A stretch of 48,938 nucleotides of DNA from an uncultured Enterobacteriaceae bacterium (GTDB lineage Bacteria > Desulfobacterota > Binatia > Bin18), in contig CAZXFE010000003.1 in assembly GCA_964639795.1 (NCBI GenBank), positions 1-48,938 of the forward strand. Direction: 5' to 3'. Below the pieces are notes generated by a model, which worked only from the letters and a program-made list of their open reading frames with translations, did no database searches and was not told the DNA's origin. Numbering within the stretch: position 1 is the first letter of the stretch; the number at the start of each line of letters is the position of its first letter. Shown in pieces: positions 40,532-48,066 of this stretch. The translations under genes were made by a program, and so were the position numbers.

Positions 40532-40640
40532 TTCGTGGAGCATGGTCGTTTGGTATTGGTGAGGGGGAGGCGGGGACGGAATATTGGGATGTCGTTGAAG
40601 GACGAGCGGACGTTTTTGCGCGCAAAGTTGATGACCTGTT

Positions 40641-41219
40641 CTAGCCCGCCCAACGAGAGAAGATATTAAACAGTCGCTGGCCGATAATGCCGATAATCGG
40701 CGGAAACAAAATGCTCGGCAGGAACCGGGCGGCTGTAAACGGCCAGCCCAGAAACGGAATTTCCCAGATCAATAACCGCGTTGGAGAAAGCAGGGTTTTG
40801 GCCGTAATAAAGGCCAGCAAGGGTCCCACGGCAACGCCTTGTTTGATCAACGAAGCGGCTATTGGGAATACGACATACGGTCCGCCCGGCATCACAAGTC
40901 CGATGAGCCAGCCAAGCAAGATCCCCTTTGTGCCGGACTGTTCGCCCATCCATTTAACCAAGACTTCACGCGGAAGCAGAACGTTGAAAAATCCGGCGAA
41001 ACAGAATCCGAGCAGTAATGGTAGCCAGACCTGTTGCAGTAGGCCAAAACCAGACTGAAGACCTTTGAGGGGCAGGTCGGGGCTTTTGATAAAGGCAATG
41101 GTGGCCAGCGCTAAAGTGAGGCCGCCTAGGATGAGAATGCCGGCATTCATGCGCTTCTTTCCTTTTTCTTGGTCTTTTCCGGGCGAGCCGCCGGCCATCT
41201 GTAGCTGCGCTTCACTCAT
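40641..41219 (-). CDS. small polytopic permease, translationally coupled to pqqE
   Basis: The ATG (41219-41217) overlaps the pqqE TGA (41218-41216). The 192-aa product has about 5 hydrophobic helices. The segment LIGLVMPGGPYVVFPIAASLIKQGVAVGPLLAF resembles one repeat of the 'predicted permease' (ArsP/DUF318-type) family. Confidence 0.75.
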   Translation of the reverse strand: MSEAQLQMAGGSPGKDQEKGKKRMNAGILILGGLTLALATIAFIKSPDLPLKGLQSGFGLLQQVWLPLLLGFCFAGFFNVLLPREVLVKWMGEQSGTKGILLGWLIGLVMPGGPYVVFPIAASLIKQGVAVGPLLAFITAKTLLSPTRLLIWEIPFLGWPFTAARFLPSILFPPIIGIIGQRLFNIFSRWAG

Positions 41220-42352
41220 GAGCGAGTGGTGCGAGTAAATTGAGTAGAGAGGCGCTGGCTAGTGCGCAGATCGCGGTAGACGAGATCGGTGTTTGCCTGC
41301 GGGGCTTCTTTGGCTGCTTTAAGCACGACGTCATGCAAAGGTGAGAGGCCGCACACTGGATCCGTTGCCGCTGCATCTCCCGTCAGCAGAAATGCCTGGC
41401 AACGACAGCCGCCAAAATCGACCGTTCGCCGCTCACAACTGCGGCATGGTTCCTGCATCCAATCCTCGCCACGATAGGCGTTCAGCGCAGGTGAGTCTTG
41501 CCAAATCTCGGTGAGGGATTTGTCTTTCACGCTCTCAAAGGTGAGGTGAGGAATCGCGTGTGCTGCATGACAGGGTAAGACTTCTCCTGTGGGCGTGATG
41601 ACCATATAACTGCGCGCCCAGCCGCCGGAACAGGCTTTGGGCTGATCGCCAAAGTAGTCGATTTTGACAAAGACGATCTCCATGCTGCCTTGGTAGCGTT
41701 TGCGTGCCTCCCGTGCGAACTGTTCCGCCCGGTCATACTGCTCACGCGCCGGCATGAGCGCCGCACGGTTTTTCAAGGCCCAGGCATAGTACTGGGTGTT
41801 GGCCAGCTCCAGTCTTTGTGCGCCAAGCTCGGCGGCTTGCGTAATGATCTCCGGCACTCGGTCAATATTCAGGCGATGCAGATTGATGTTAATCGTCAGC
41901 GGAAAGTCGAGCTTTCGTATCGAATCAGCAATAGCCAGTTTCTTGTCATACGACGGCATGCCGGCAATCGTATTCGCCGTGTTCCGGTCAGTATCTTGGA
42001 TACTCAACTGAATATGTTCGAGCCCGGCAGTCTTAAACTCTTTGAGCTGGGCTTCATCTAACAAGGTCCCGCCAGTAATCAAGTTCGTATACAGATCGCA
42101 CGTATGGGCCTGACGAATCAGGGGCAGAATGTCTTTACGCACCAGCGGCTCGCCGCCTGAAAAGTGGAGCTGAATCACACCGAGATCGGCGGCCTCGGTG
42201 AAAGTCTGACACCACTGCTCCGTACTAAGTTCATCCAGCATGGTATGGAATTCAATCGGGTTCGAACAATAGACGCACTTCAGCGGACAGCGGTAGGAGA
42301 GTTCGGCAACAACGGTATAGGGACGCGGCGGTCTCATCCGATGAGGTCTCAT
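41216..42352 (-). CDS. pqqE: PQQ biosynthesis radical-SAM protein PqqE
   Basis: The sequence VVAELSYRCPLKCVYCSNP contains C-x3-C-x2-C. A Cys-rich SPASM region lies at the C-terminus (CHAAH...CRSCERRTVDFGGCRCQ). The gene follows pqqD. Confidence 0.93.
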   Translation of the reverse strand: MRPHRMRPPRPYTVVAELSYRCPLKCVYCSNPIEFHTMLDELSTEQWCQTFTEAADLGVIQLHFSGGEPLVRKDILPLIRQAHTCDLYTNLITGGTLLDEAQLKEFKTAGLEHIQLSIQDTDRNTANTIAGMPSYDKKLAIADSIRKLDFPLTININLHRLNIDRVPEIITQAAELGAQRLELANTQYYAWALKNRAALMPAREQYDRAEQFAREARKRYQGSMEIVFVKIDYFGDQPKACSGGWARSYMVITPTGEVLPCHAAHAIPHLTFESVKDKSLTEIWQDSPALNAYRGEDWMQEPCRSCERRTVDFGGCRCQAFLLTGDAAATDPVCGLSPLHDVVLKAAKEAPQANTDLVYRDLRTSQRLSTQFTRTTRS

Positions 42353-42353
42353 T

Positions 42354-42668
42354 TTATGACTCAGACTCGATCTCCAGACCAGTCTCTAACAGACCACGGT
42401 TATGGATACGAGTGAGCAATTCGACGACATGTTCTACAATTTGCTCGCGCTTTGTCTCAGAGAATTTCTCAAGTAACGTATCAATGATGTCCGTTACGCT
42501 GCGGTCGCCATCACACAGCTTGAGCACTTCTGCTGCCGTTTGATTGAGCACGAGCGCGGCTTCTGGGAAGACCAGCATGTACTGGTTTTCCACCTTGTCC
42601 CAGCGCAAGCGGGCTTTTGAGGCCAATCGAGGTTGCCAAGAGTACAGTCTGTGTGGCCCGTCAGCCAT
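42354..42668 (-). CDS. pqqD: PQQ biosynthesis peptide chaperone PqqD
   Basis: The 104-aa product contains RLASKARLRWDKVENQYMLVFPEAALVLNQTAAEVLKLCDG and lies between pqqC and pqqE. Confidence 0.9.
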   Translation of the reverse strand: MADGPHRLYSWQPRLASKARLRWDKVENQYMLVFPEAALVLNQTAAEVLKLCDGDRSVTDIIDTLLEKFSETKREQIVEHVVELLTRIHNRGLLETGLEIESES

Positions 42669-42704
42669 TGTAGATGATCTTTCTCGTGTTGGCGAGAAAC
42701 TTTC

Positions 42705-43457
42705 CTATCCCTCCCAGAAGGGCGGTTTGAAGCCGGGACTGACATGGGCATAGTACACCGCGTCAAGCAGACTCCACAAAATATTACACTTCGTCCTGAG
42801 TGCGGCTATAGCCTGTTCTTGGTGCTCTCGGGTCGGACAGTTTTTAATGACATAATCCAGGCCATACTCAACATCACGTGGAGCTTGCTCGAGCCGGGCG
42901 CGAAAATATTCGAGACCTTGTTTTTCGACCCAGGGATAGTGCTCGTCAAAGGCGGGGAGTCGTCGAGCCATCAGCGCGGGTGCAAAAAGCTCGGTCAGTG
43001 AGGAGGCAATGGCTAACATTAAGGACTGGCTCTGCACAAGAGTGAGATAGGCATCAACCGCAAAGCGTACCCCTGGTAAAACATACCGAAAGCCAGTTAC
43101 ATCTTCACGTGGGAGTCCGGCTGATTCACCCAGCACTAGCCATTTATGAATCCCACCTGGATCGCTGCCACGGCCATCGTGATCAAGAATACGCTGTATC
43201 CATGCGCGCCGGACATCTGGATCGGTGATGCGGGCCATGATGGCCGCATCCTTTCTGGGGATCATAGACTGATAGTAGAAACGATTTTCAACCCAGGCTT
43301 GCAGCTGTCGCCTGCTCAGCTTGCCTGCATGCATCAATACATGAAAAGGGTGTTTGTCATGATACCCCTGTGCGCCTATGGCCCGGAGTCGTTGCGTAAA
43401 CTCCTCGGGGCTTAATACCTGATGTTCTGGATGTTCGGCTCTGTGTATTGTGCTCAC
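42705..43457 (-). CDS. pqqC: pyrroloquinoline-quinone synthase PqqC
   Basis: GTG start. PqqC-typical segments are [32 protein letters not shown] and SLTELFAP. Confidence 0.93.
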   Translation of the reverse strand: MSTIHRAEHPEHQVLSPEEFTQRLRAIGAQGYHDKHPFHVLMHAGKLSRRQLQAWVENRFYYQSMIPRKDAAIMARITDPDVRRAWIQRILDHDGRGSDPGGIHKWLVLGESAGLPREDVTGFRYVLPGVRFAVDAYLTLVQSQSLMLAIASSLTELFAPALMARRLPAFDEHYPWVEKQGLEYFRARLEQAPRDVEYGLDYVIKNCPTREHQEQAIAALRTKCNILWSLLDAVYYAHVSPGFKPPFWEG

Positions 43458-43460
43458 TGC

Positions 43461-44381
43461 TCACACCTCGAAGTCCATGCCATCGAACGCAACTTCCCAG
43501 CCGGCTTCTCCGACTGCATGACGTTGTGGGGAATCCTCAATGACCAGCGGATTGGTATTATTCAGGTGCGTATATATTTTTCGTACATTGCGGAGGTCGG
43601 CGAGTTTTTCCAAACTGCCGTCGGACCCACTGATCGGGACATGGCCCATCGAAAATGATGTCTTTTGAGCCAGTCCAACAACAATCATTTCCTCGTCAGT
43701 CCAGCACGTGCCATCGATGAAGAATACATCGCAGTCGCTGAGTCGAGCTTTGACCGTCTCATCCACCTGGCGTACTCCGGGCAGGTACACGAGTGAGCGT
43801 CCACTCTGTGCGTCAGTGAATCTATAGCCTAAGGACGCCTCGTTCCAATCGTCAACTTGACCCAGGAGATAGGCCGGCGCGCGGCCCGGCACAGTAAACG
43901 CTTGGTACCGTATACCGCTGGGTTTGTCATCAACGCCGATCAGGTCGTGCTGGCCGGACAGTGCGACCGTCTTCCAGGTGCAGCGGGGCGGACCACAAAC
44001 GGTTTGAAAGATCGAATTGCTTTCCATGATCCAGCCGTGAACCTGCTGAGTTGAGTACAGATATAGCGGCTGGGATTCTCTGAGGGTCAACAGCCCGGCG
44101 ATGTGATCTACTTCGGCATTGGTCAGCAGGACCGCCTGAATAGGCGTATGGCGTGGAACGTCTCGTGGAGCCAGACCGTCAAACGCTCCGATTTGTTGGC
44201 GAATGTCCGGGCCGGCATTGATGAGGTACCAGCGATCGTTATCGGCACTGATAGCGATTGCCGACTGAGCGCGCGGGCTGGCGTTGAGAGTCCCAGCACG
44301 CAGCCCGCGACAATGATTGCAGTTGCAGTTCCACTGGGGAAAGCCTCCCCCAGCTCCTGAGCCTAGTACGCGAACTCGCAC
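43461..44381 (-). CDS. pqqB: PQQ biosynthesis protein PqqB (MBL fold)
   Basis: The GTG start follows GAGGGG. The product begins RVRVLGSGAGGGFPQWNCNCNHC and contains the MBL-like segment LLTNAEVDHIAGL. Confidence 0.92.
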   Translation of the reverse strand: MRVRVLGSGAGGGFPQWNCNCNHCRGLRAGTLNASPRAQSAIAISADNDRWYLINAGPDIRQQIGAFDGLAPRDVPRHTPIQAVLLTNAEVDHIAGLLTLRESQPLYLYSTQQVHGWIMESNSIFQTVCGPPRCTWKTVALSGQHDLIGVDDKPSGIRYQAFTVPGRAPAYLLGQVDDWNEASLGYRFTDAQSGRSLVYLPGVRQVDETVKARLSDCDVFFIDGTCWTDEEMIVVGLAQKTSFSMGHVPISGSDGSLEKLADLRNVRKIYTHLNNTNPLVIEDSPQRHAVGEAGWEVAFDGMDFEV

Positions 44382-44416
44382 CCTATCGCCCCTCTTCCAA
44401 AAAACTCGGACGGTTG

Positions 44417-44457
44417 AAAAAAAAACGGGCTTCTCCCTGAAGATGGGGAAGCCCGTT
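44417..44457 (-). terminator. intrinsic terminator/attenuator hairpin between pqqA and pqqB
   Basis: The minus strand reads AACGGGCTTC-(14-nt loop with an internal CCC/GGG pairing)-GAAGCCCGTT and runs into a 9-T run whose first two T are the last two stem bases. It begins 23 nt after the pqqA stop. Confidence 0.75.
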
Positions 44458-44480
44458 CAAAGCAATCCTGTATAAAGAAA

Positions 44481-44558
44481 TTACTCGGAAACGAGAATAT
44501 ACATGCTGACTTCGGCGTCCATTCTCACTTCGGTAAATTCGGGTTTTTCCCACGTCAT
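44481..44558 (-). CDS. pqqA: PQQ precursor peptide PqqA (25 aa)
   Basis: This gene is not in the ORF track. On the minus strand, AAAAAGGAGGTAACTCATC is followed by ATG and the frame translates to MTWEKPEFTEVRMDAEVSMYILVSE. It carries the E-x-x-x-Y crosslink motif (EVSMY) and lies directly upstream of pqqB. Confidence 0.88.
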   Translation of the reverse strand: MTWEKPEFTEVRMDAEVSMYILVSE

Positions 44559-44852
44559 GATGAGTTACCTCCTTTTTGCTTCACGTACTTTACCCTACCA
44601 TAATACCCTTGTCTAGGTGCAAGTGGCCCAAAAAAGAAAGGTCGGCCGGCGCGGTACTGTTTTGTTGGTTCATAGTAAGCAGAGATTTGACTTTTTTGCA
44701 AGAAGCTAGGAAAATTTCTCAGCGTGAATTTGAGCGCAGCGCAACCTCCCAACTCAACGCCCAAGGAAGAGATTCTTCGTTTCGCTTCGAATGACAGAAC
44801 CGGGTGCCTATGGTTTATTTGGATAGCCACTAAGAACAGAGAGCAAAAGATA

Positions 44853-45203
44853 ATGAATATCCAAATTTTCGGTCTCAAAAAGTGTTCCGACTCTCGCAAA
44901 GCGCAGCGATTTTTTAAGGAGCGGCAGATCCGTTTCCAGTTCGTTAATCTGAGTCAAAAAGGCTTGTCAAAGGGGGAACTTCGGTCGTTAGCCGCGCGCA
45001 TCCCGCTCACGGAATTGATTGACCGTTCCGGACCTCGTTTTGTTGCGAAGGGGCTTACCCATGCCTCACTGAATGGGGGCAGGATCGAAACGCTGTTGCT
45101 GGAAGACCCACTGCTCGTTCGGACTCCGATAGTCCGTAACGGCAGAGAGGCCACCGTTGGGCATTGTCCCGGGATATGGAAGACGTGGCTGGAGAACGGA
45201 TAG
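44853..45203 (+). CDS. ArsC/Spx-family protein (YffB-like)
   Basis: I trimmed the frame to the ATG at 44853. The product begins MNIQIFGLKKCSDSRKAQRFFKERQIRFQFVNL, and PLLVRTPIV lies near the C-terminus. Confidence 0.8.
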   Translation: MNIQIFGLKKCSDSRKAQRFFKERQIRFQFVNLSQKGLSKGELRSLAARIPLTELIDRSGPRFVAKGLTHASLNGGRIETLLLEDPLLVRTPIVRNGREATVGHCPGIWKTWLENG

Positions 45204-45209
45204 GAAACG

Positions 45210-45980
45210 TTAGCCCAGTGGCTCAGGGGCGTGTGGGATTTCGTGCCACTGGTTGAGGTCATGGCCGTAAATAATCGTAGACCCCTGTTTATCTCGAAGA
45301 TCGCGTAAGGTGCCGAGCGAACGGTACATTTCGTCCTCGTTGACTGAAATAGACGGCAGCATGTTTTCATCCATATTTCGCTTAGTGTAACACGCATCTC
45401 CTGTCACCACGATGTCCGTACCTTTTGTGACCCGAATGCGCAAAGATTGGTGACCTGGGGTGTGTCCGTGGGTGGGGAAGAGGACCAGCGTGCCGTCGCC
45501 GAAAATATCCATTTCACCGTCCACAGGTTGGTAGGTAAGTGGATGGTCATAGTCTTTGGGGTCGAAGAACGATTTTTTCGCCAGCTTCGGATCTTTCGAC
45601 GCGTCTAATTCATTTTTCTGTACCAAGAAGGTTGACTTGGGAAAGAACTCGTTTCCGCCCGCGTGATCAAAGTGGAAGTGCGAGTTGATGACATAAGTAA
45701 CGTCGTCAGGGGTGAGCTTGAACTTGGCCAGCTGGCTGACAATCTCTTCGCCTGGCTTTGCGCGAGGGATAAAGGTCTTGGCGATGTCGCCCAAGCGACC
45801 GTTGGGGTCGTCCATACACTGACAGTGCACGCCCGTGTCAAAGACCACATTGCCCTTGGGATGGGTAATCAGATAGCTCGGTACCGGAATAATAATCTGT
45901 TCACCCTGCTCGTCTTGAGGAAAAAATATTCTGCCGTCGAACTCGAGAAATCCAACCGGCATGGAAAAGACCTGAAGCAT
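45210..45980 (-). CDS. MBL-fold hydrolase, N-acyl-homoserine-lactonase-like
   Basis: It has the HxHxDH motif (INSHFHFDHAGGN), a later HGHTPGH and the segment VTGDACY. Length and layout resemble AiiA-type lactonases. Confidence 0.7.
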   Translation of the reverse strand: MLQVFSMPVGFLEFDGRIFFPQDEQGEQIIIPVPSYLITHPKGNVVFDTGVHCQCMDDPNGRLGDIAKTFIPRAKPGEEIVSQLAKFKLTPDDVTYVINSHFHFDHAGGNEFFPKSTFLVQKNELDASKDPKLAKKSFFDPKDYDHPLTYQPVDGEMDIFGDGTLVLFPTHGHTPGHQSLRIRVTKGTDIVVTGDACYTKRNMDENMLPSISVNEDEMYRSLGTLRDLRDKQGSTIIYGHDLNQWHEIPHAPEPLG

Positions 45981-46027
45981 ACTTCCCTCCTCTATCCAAT
46001 TATCTCACTATCCAGTGGAGCAAGCAT

Positions 46028-46052
46028 AAAAAAAGCGAGTCTCACGACCCGC
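46028..46052 (-). terminator. intrinsic terminator of the RRM gene
   Basis: The minus-strand RNA reads GCGGGUC-GUGA-GACUCGC (7-bp stem with one G-U pair) followed by UUUUUUU. It begins 24 nt after the stop. Confidence 0.75.
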
Positions 46053-46076
46053 CTTTATCAACTATGGAATCGAGGC

Positions 46077-46484
46077 TTATAAGCTCCGCTTTCCACGACG
46101 AAGATTGCGACGACTGCCCTTTGGCTTTGCCCCGCCGCCCCTTGGTCCGCCTCTTGGACCGCCAGATGGTCGGTCCCTATCGCTAGAAAAATTTGAGGGG
46201 CGTCGCTGTGGACGGTCTTCTGCCTCGTTCACACGGATCGCTCTTCCTCCGAGTTCGTAGCCATCAAACCGTTCAACAGCTGCGGGAATAGATGCGGCGT
46301 CTGTGTATTCGACGAATGCGAATCCTCTTGGCCGACCGGTTTCACGATCGGTCGGGAGAAAGACTTCGACTAGCTCACCAATCTCAGAAAAAAGAGTGTT
46401 GAGCTCACTCTGCGTGGTGTCGTAGCTCAAGTTCCCAACAAAAACCTTAGTACCGATGATGACCTCCTCTTGGTCGATCCACAT
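46077..46484 (-). CDS. RRM-type RNA-binding protein with Arg/Gly-rich tail
   Basis: It has RNP2 (KVFVGNLSY) and RNP1 (RGFAFVEY), plus the C-terminal tail RPSGGPRGGPRGGGAKPKGSRR. The start codon is ambiguous, as described in the findings. Confidence 0.88.
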   Translation of the reverse strand: MWIDQEEVIIGTKVFVGNLSYDTTQSELNTLFSEIGELVEVFLPTDRETGRPRGFAFVEYTDAASIPAAVERFDGYELGGRAIRVNEAEDRPQRRPSNFSSDRDRPSGGPRGGPRGGGAKPKGSRRNLRRGKRSL

Positions 46485-46575
46485 CGGTTTGAGTCGACGT
46501 GGACTGAGTCCTACCTGTTACAGCCATATTGATATGCTATATATCTATGAGCCGAACTGGCGCAAAGAATTGTGC

Positions 46576-46604
46576 AGTATGGATCGAAACGGACAGAAAT
46601 GCAA
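46576..46604 (-). promoter_or_regulatory. putative sigma-70 promoter of the RRM gene
   Basis: The minus strand reads TTGCAT-N17-CATACT, about 90 nt upstream of the ATG. This is a hexamer match only. Confidence 0.3.
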
Positions 46605-46932
46605 CCCGGATAATGCACCGTCCTATTGAGAGAAGCAGCGCATTTTTCAATTGATACGGTAAATTCTATACGCATACTATGCTCTTTGTTCTTCCTATAG
46701 CCAAACAATCCAGGCGTTTAAGAAGGTCGCCATAGATATCGCGTCCAGCGTCCTGGGACTGGCTAGTCAAGCTTTTCTTCGTGATGGACGGCCTCGTCTA
46801 CTCAGAGGTGGATTGACGCAATAAAACCATTTATTTTGGTATCAAGGACTGGCCGGGATTCCTCCAGATTTTCGATGAAATGCTGGCGTAACCGTGCCCG
46901 CCGCGTTGCTAATGGTTCGTTTTCAATTGCAG

Positions 46933-47310
46933 TTATTCACGTCCCAACGAATAGCCCTTTTCGGTCAGGCCGAGTTGCAGATTACTAAATTCGGTGGCAG
47001 GCTGCCCATTTGTTCTAAGATATAGATGCAGGTCCCCCCCCTGATCGCACATATTGGTGATATCAGCCTGCACCGGAAAAGTGTTGACGCCTTCGTCACG
47101 CAGCATTTGGACCATATCGAATCTATCAACATACCTGTGGTTGAAATGCACGCCGACCGAAGCGGTACCGTTCAGCCCAGCCGAGAGGGCAAACGCCTGA
47201 CCTGGACTACTGTCCTTGCAGGCTCCGGTTCTGAGCACCGGCTTGCCAGTAACGCCGACCCGATGTTCTTCGTTGAATCGTAACTTCTCCGCATGGACTG
47301 AGAACGTCAT
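46933..47310 (-). CDS. hypothetical protein (125 aa), no recognised family
   Basis: A strong Shine-Dalgarno sequence precedes the start (TTAGGAGGACCTT-ATG). The predicted product looks beta-rich and soluble, and the gene is co-oriented with the HAD gene upstream. Confidence 0.6.
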   Translation of the reverse strand: MTFSVHAEKLRFNEEHRVGVTGKPVLRTGACKDSSPGQAFALSAGLNGTASVGVHFNHRYVDRFDMVQMLRDEGVNTFPVQADITNMCDQGGDLHLYLRTNGQPATEFSNLQLGLTEKGYSLGRE

Positions 47311-47400
47311 AAGGTCCTCCTAAAGATTGTGAGATGCGGAAAATGTAGGATGAGTTGGAGGAGAGCGAAAGGCACCAGTAAGAAGGGAGTGAGCGATCCT

Positions 47401-48066
47401 TCAGCATTTAGGCAGGACTCGGCACAAACCGAGGATGCAGTCTCGCAGGTTCTCTACCAACGCAACAATCTCATGCGCCCCAGCATCCCGAAGTTCGACC
47501 TGCGAACCAAAACCCCACAAAACACCAATTGATCCTAGTCCGTTTGCACCAGCGCCAAGAATATCGTGGGAACGATCACCGATCATGACTGCGTCTTTTG
47601 CTGAGATTTTTTCTTGCTCAAGGACGTAGCGAATAAGATCTGGTTTGGTGGCGCGTTCGCCGGACAGCGCTGAGCCGTACACGCGACGGAAATACTGATC
47701 CAGCTCGAAGTGCTGGACGATCTGATCGGCAAAGACTTGCGGTTTGGAAGTAACGACTAACACGTCGAAACCGTCGTTTTGTAGAGCTGCCAGGGTCTCA
47801 GGGATGTCCGGGTATACTTCATTCTCGAACAATCCCTCGTTGGCAAAGCGCTTACGATACAGTCGTACCCCTGCGGCAATTAACGCTCGATCAGCGGTCT
47901 CGAGAATTTTTCCAAAAGACTCAGGCAGTGGGGGACCGATGAACTGCTCTAATGCATCGCCATTCCACGCCGGACGCTGAAGGGCTTCCAGCGCATACTG
48001 AAAACAGCGCACGATGCCGAGCCGCGGATTGGTCAAGGTTCCATCAAGGTCAAAGAAGAGATGCAT
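47401..48066 (-). CDS. HAD-IA family hydrolase (phosphoglycolate phosphatase-like)
   Basis: Motif I is FFDLDGTL, a later segment reads VVTSKP and motif IV is IGDRSHD. The start overlaps the upstream stop (TGATG). Confidence 0.82.
   Translation of the reverse strand: MHLFFDLDGTLTNPRLGIVRCFQYALEALQRPAWNGDALEQFIGPPLPESFGKILETADRALIAAGVRLYRKRFANEGLFENEVYPDIPETLAALQNDGFDVLVVTSKPQVFADQIVQHFELDQYFRRVYGSALSGERATKPDLIRYVLEQEKISAKDAVMIGDRSHDILGAGANGLGSIGVLWGFGSQVELRDAGAHEIVALVENLRDCILGLCRVLPKC

Noticed and set aside
40615-40626. 12-bp perfect palindrome TTTGCGCGCAAA just downstream of the permease gene
   Set aside because: It has no loop, so it is a poor terminator. It is a single occurrence and too short to distinguish from chance. 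It might be a protein-binding site, but nothing supports that.
44555-44899. 114-aa minus-strand ORF covering the pqqA / arsC-like divergent intergenic region
   Set aside because: It spans the promoter region and the pqqA Shine-Dalgarno sequence, overlaps the start of the plus-strand ArsC-family gene, and has no motif. The region is better explained as regulatory DNA. Candidate hexamers such as TTGACT-N17-GAAAAT at 44687-44715 are too weak to call.
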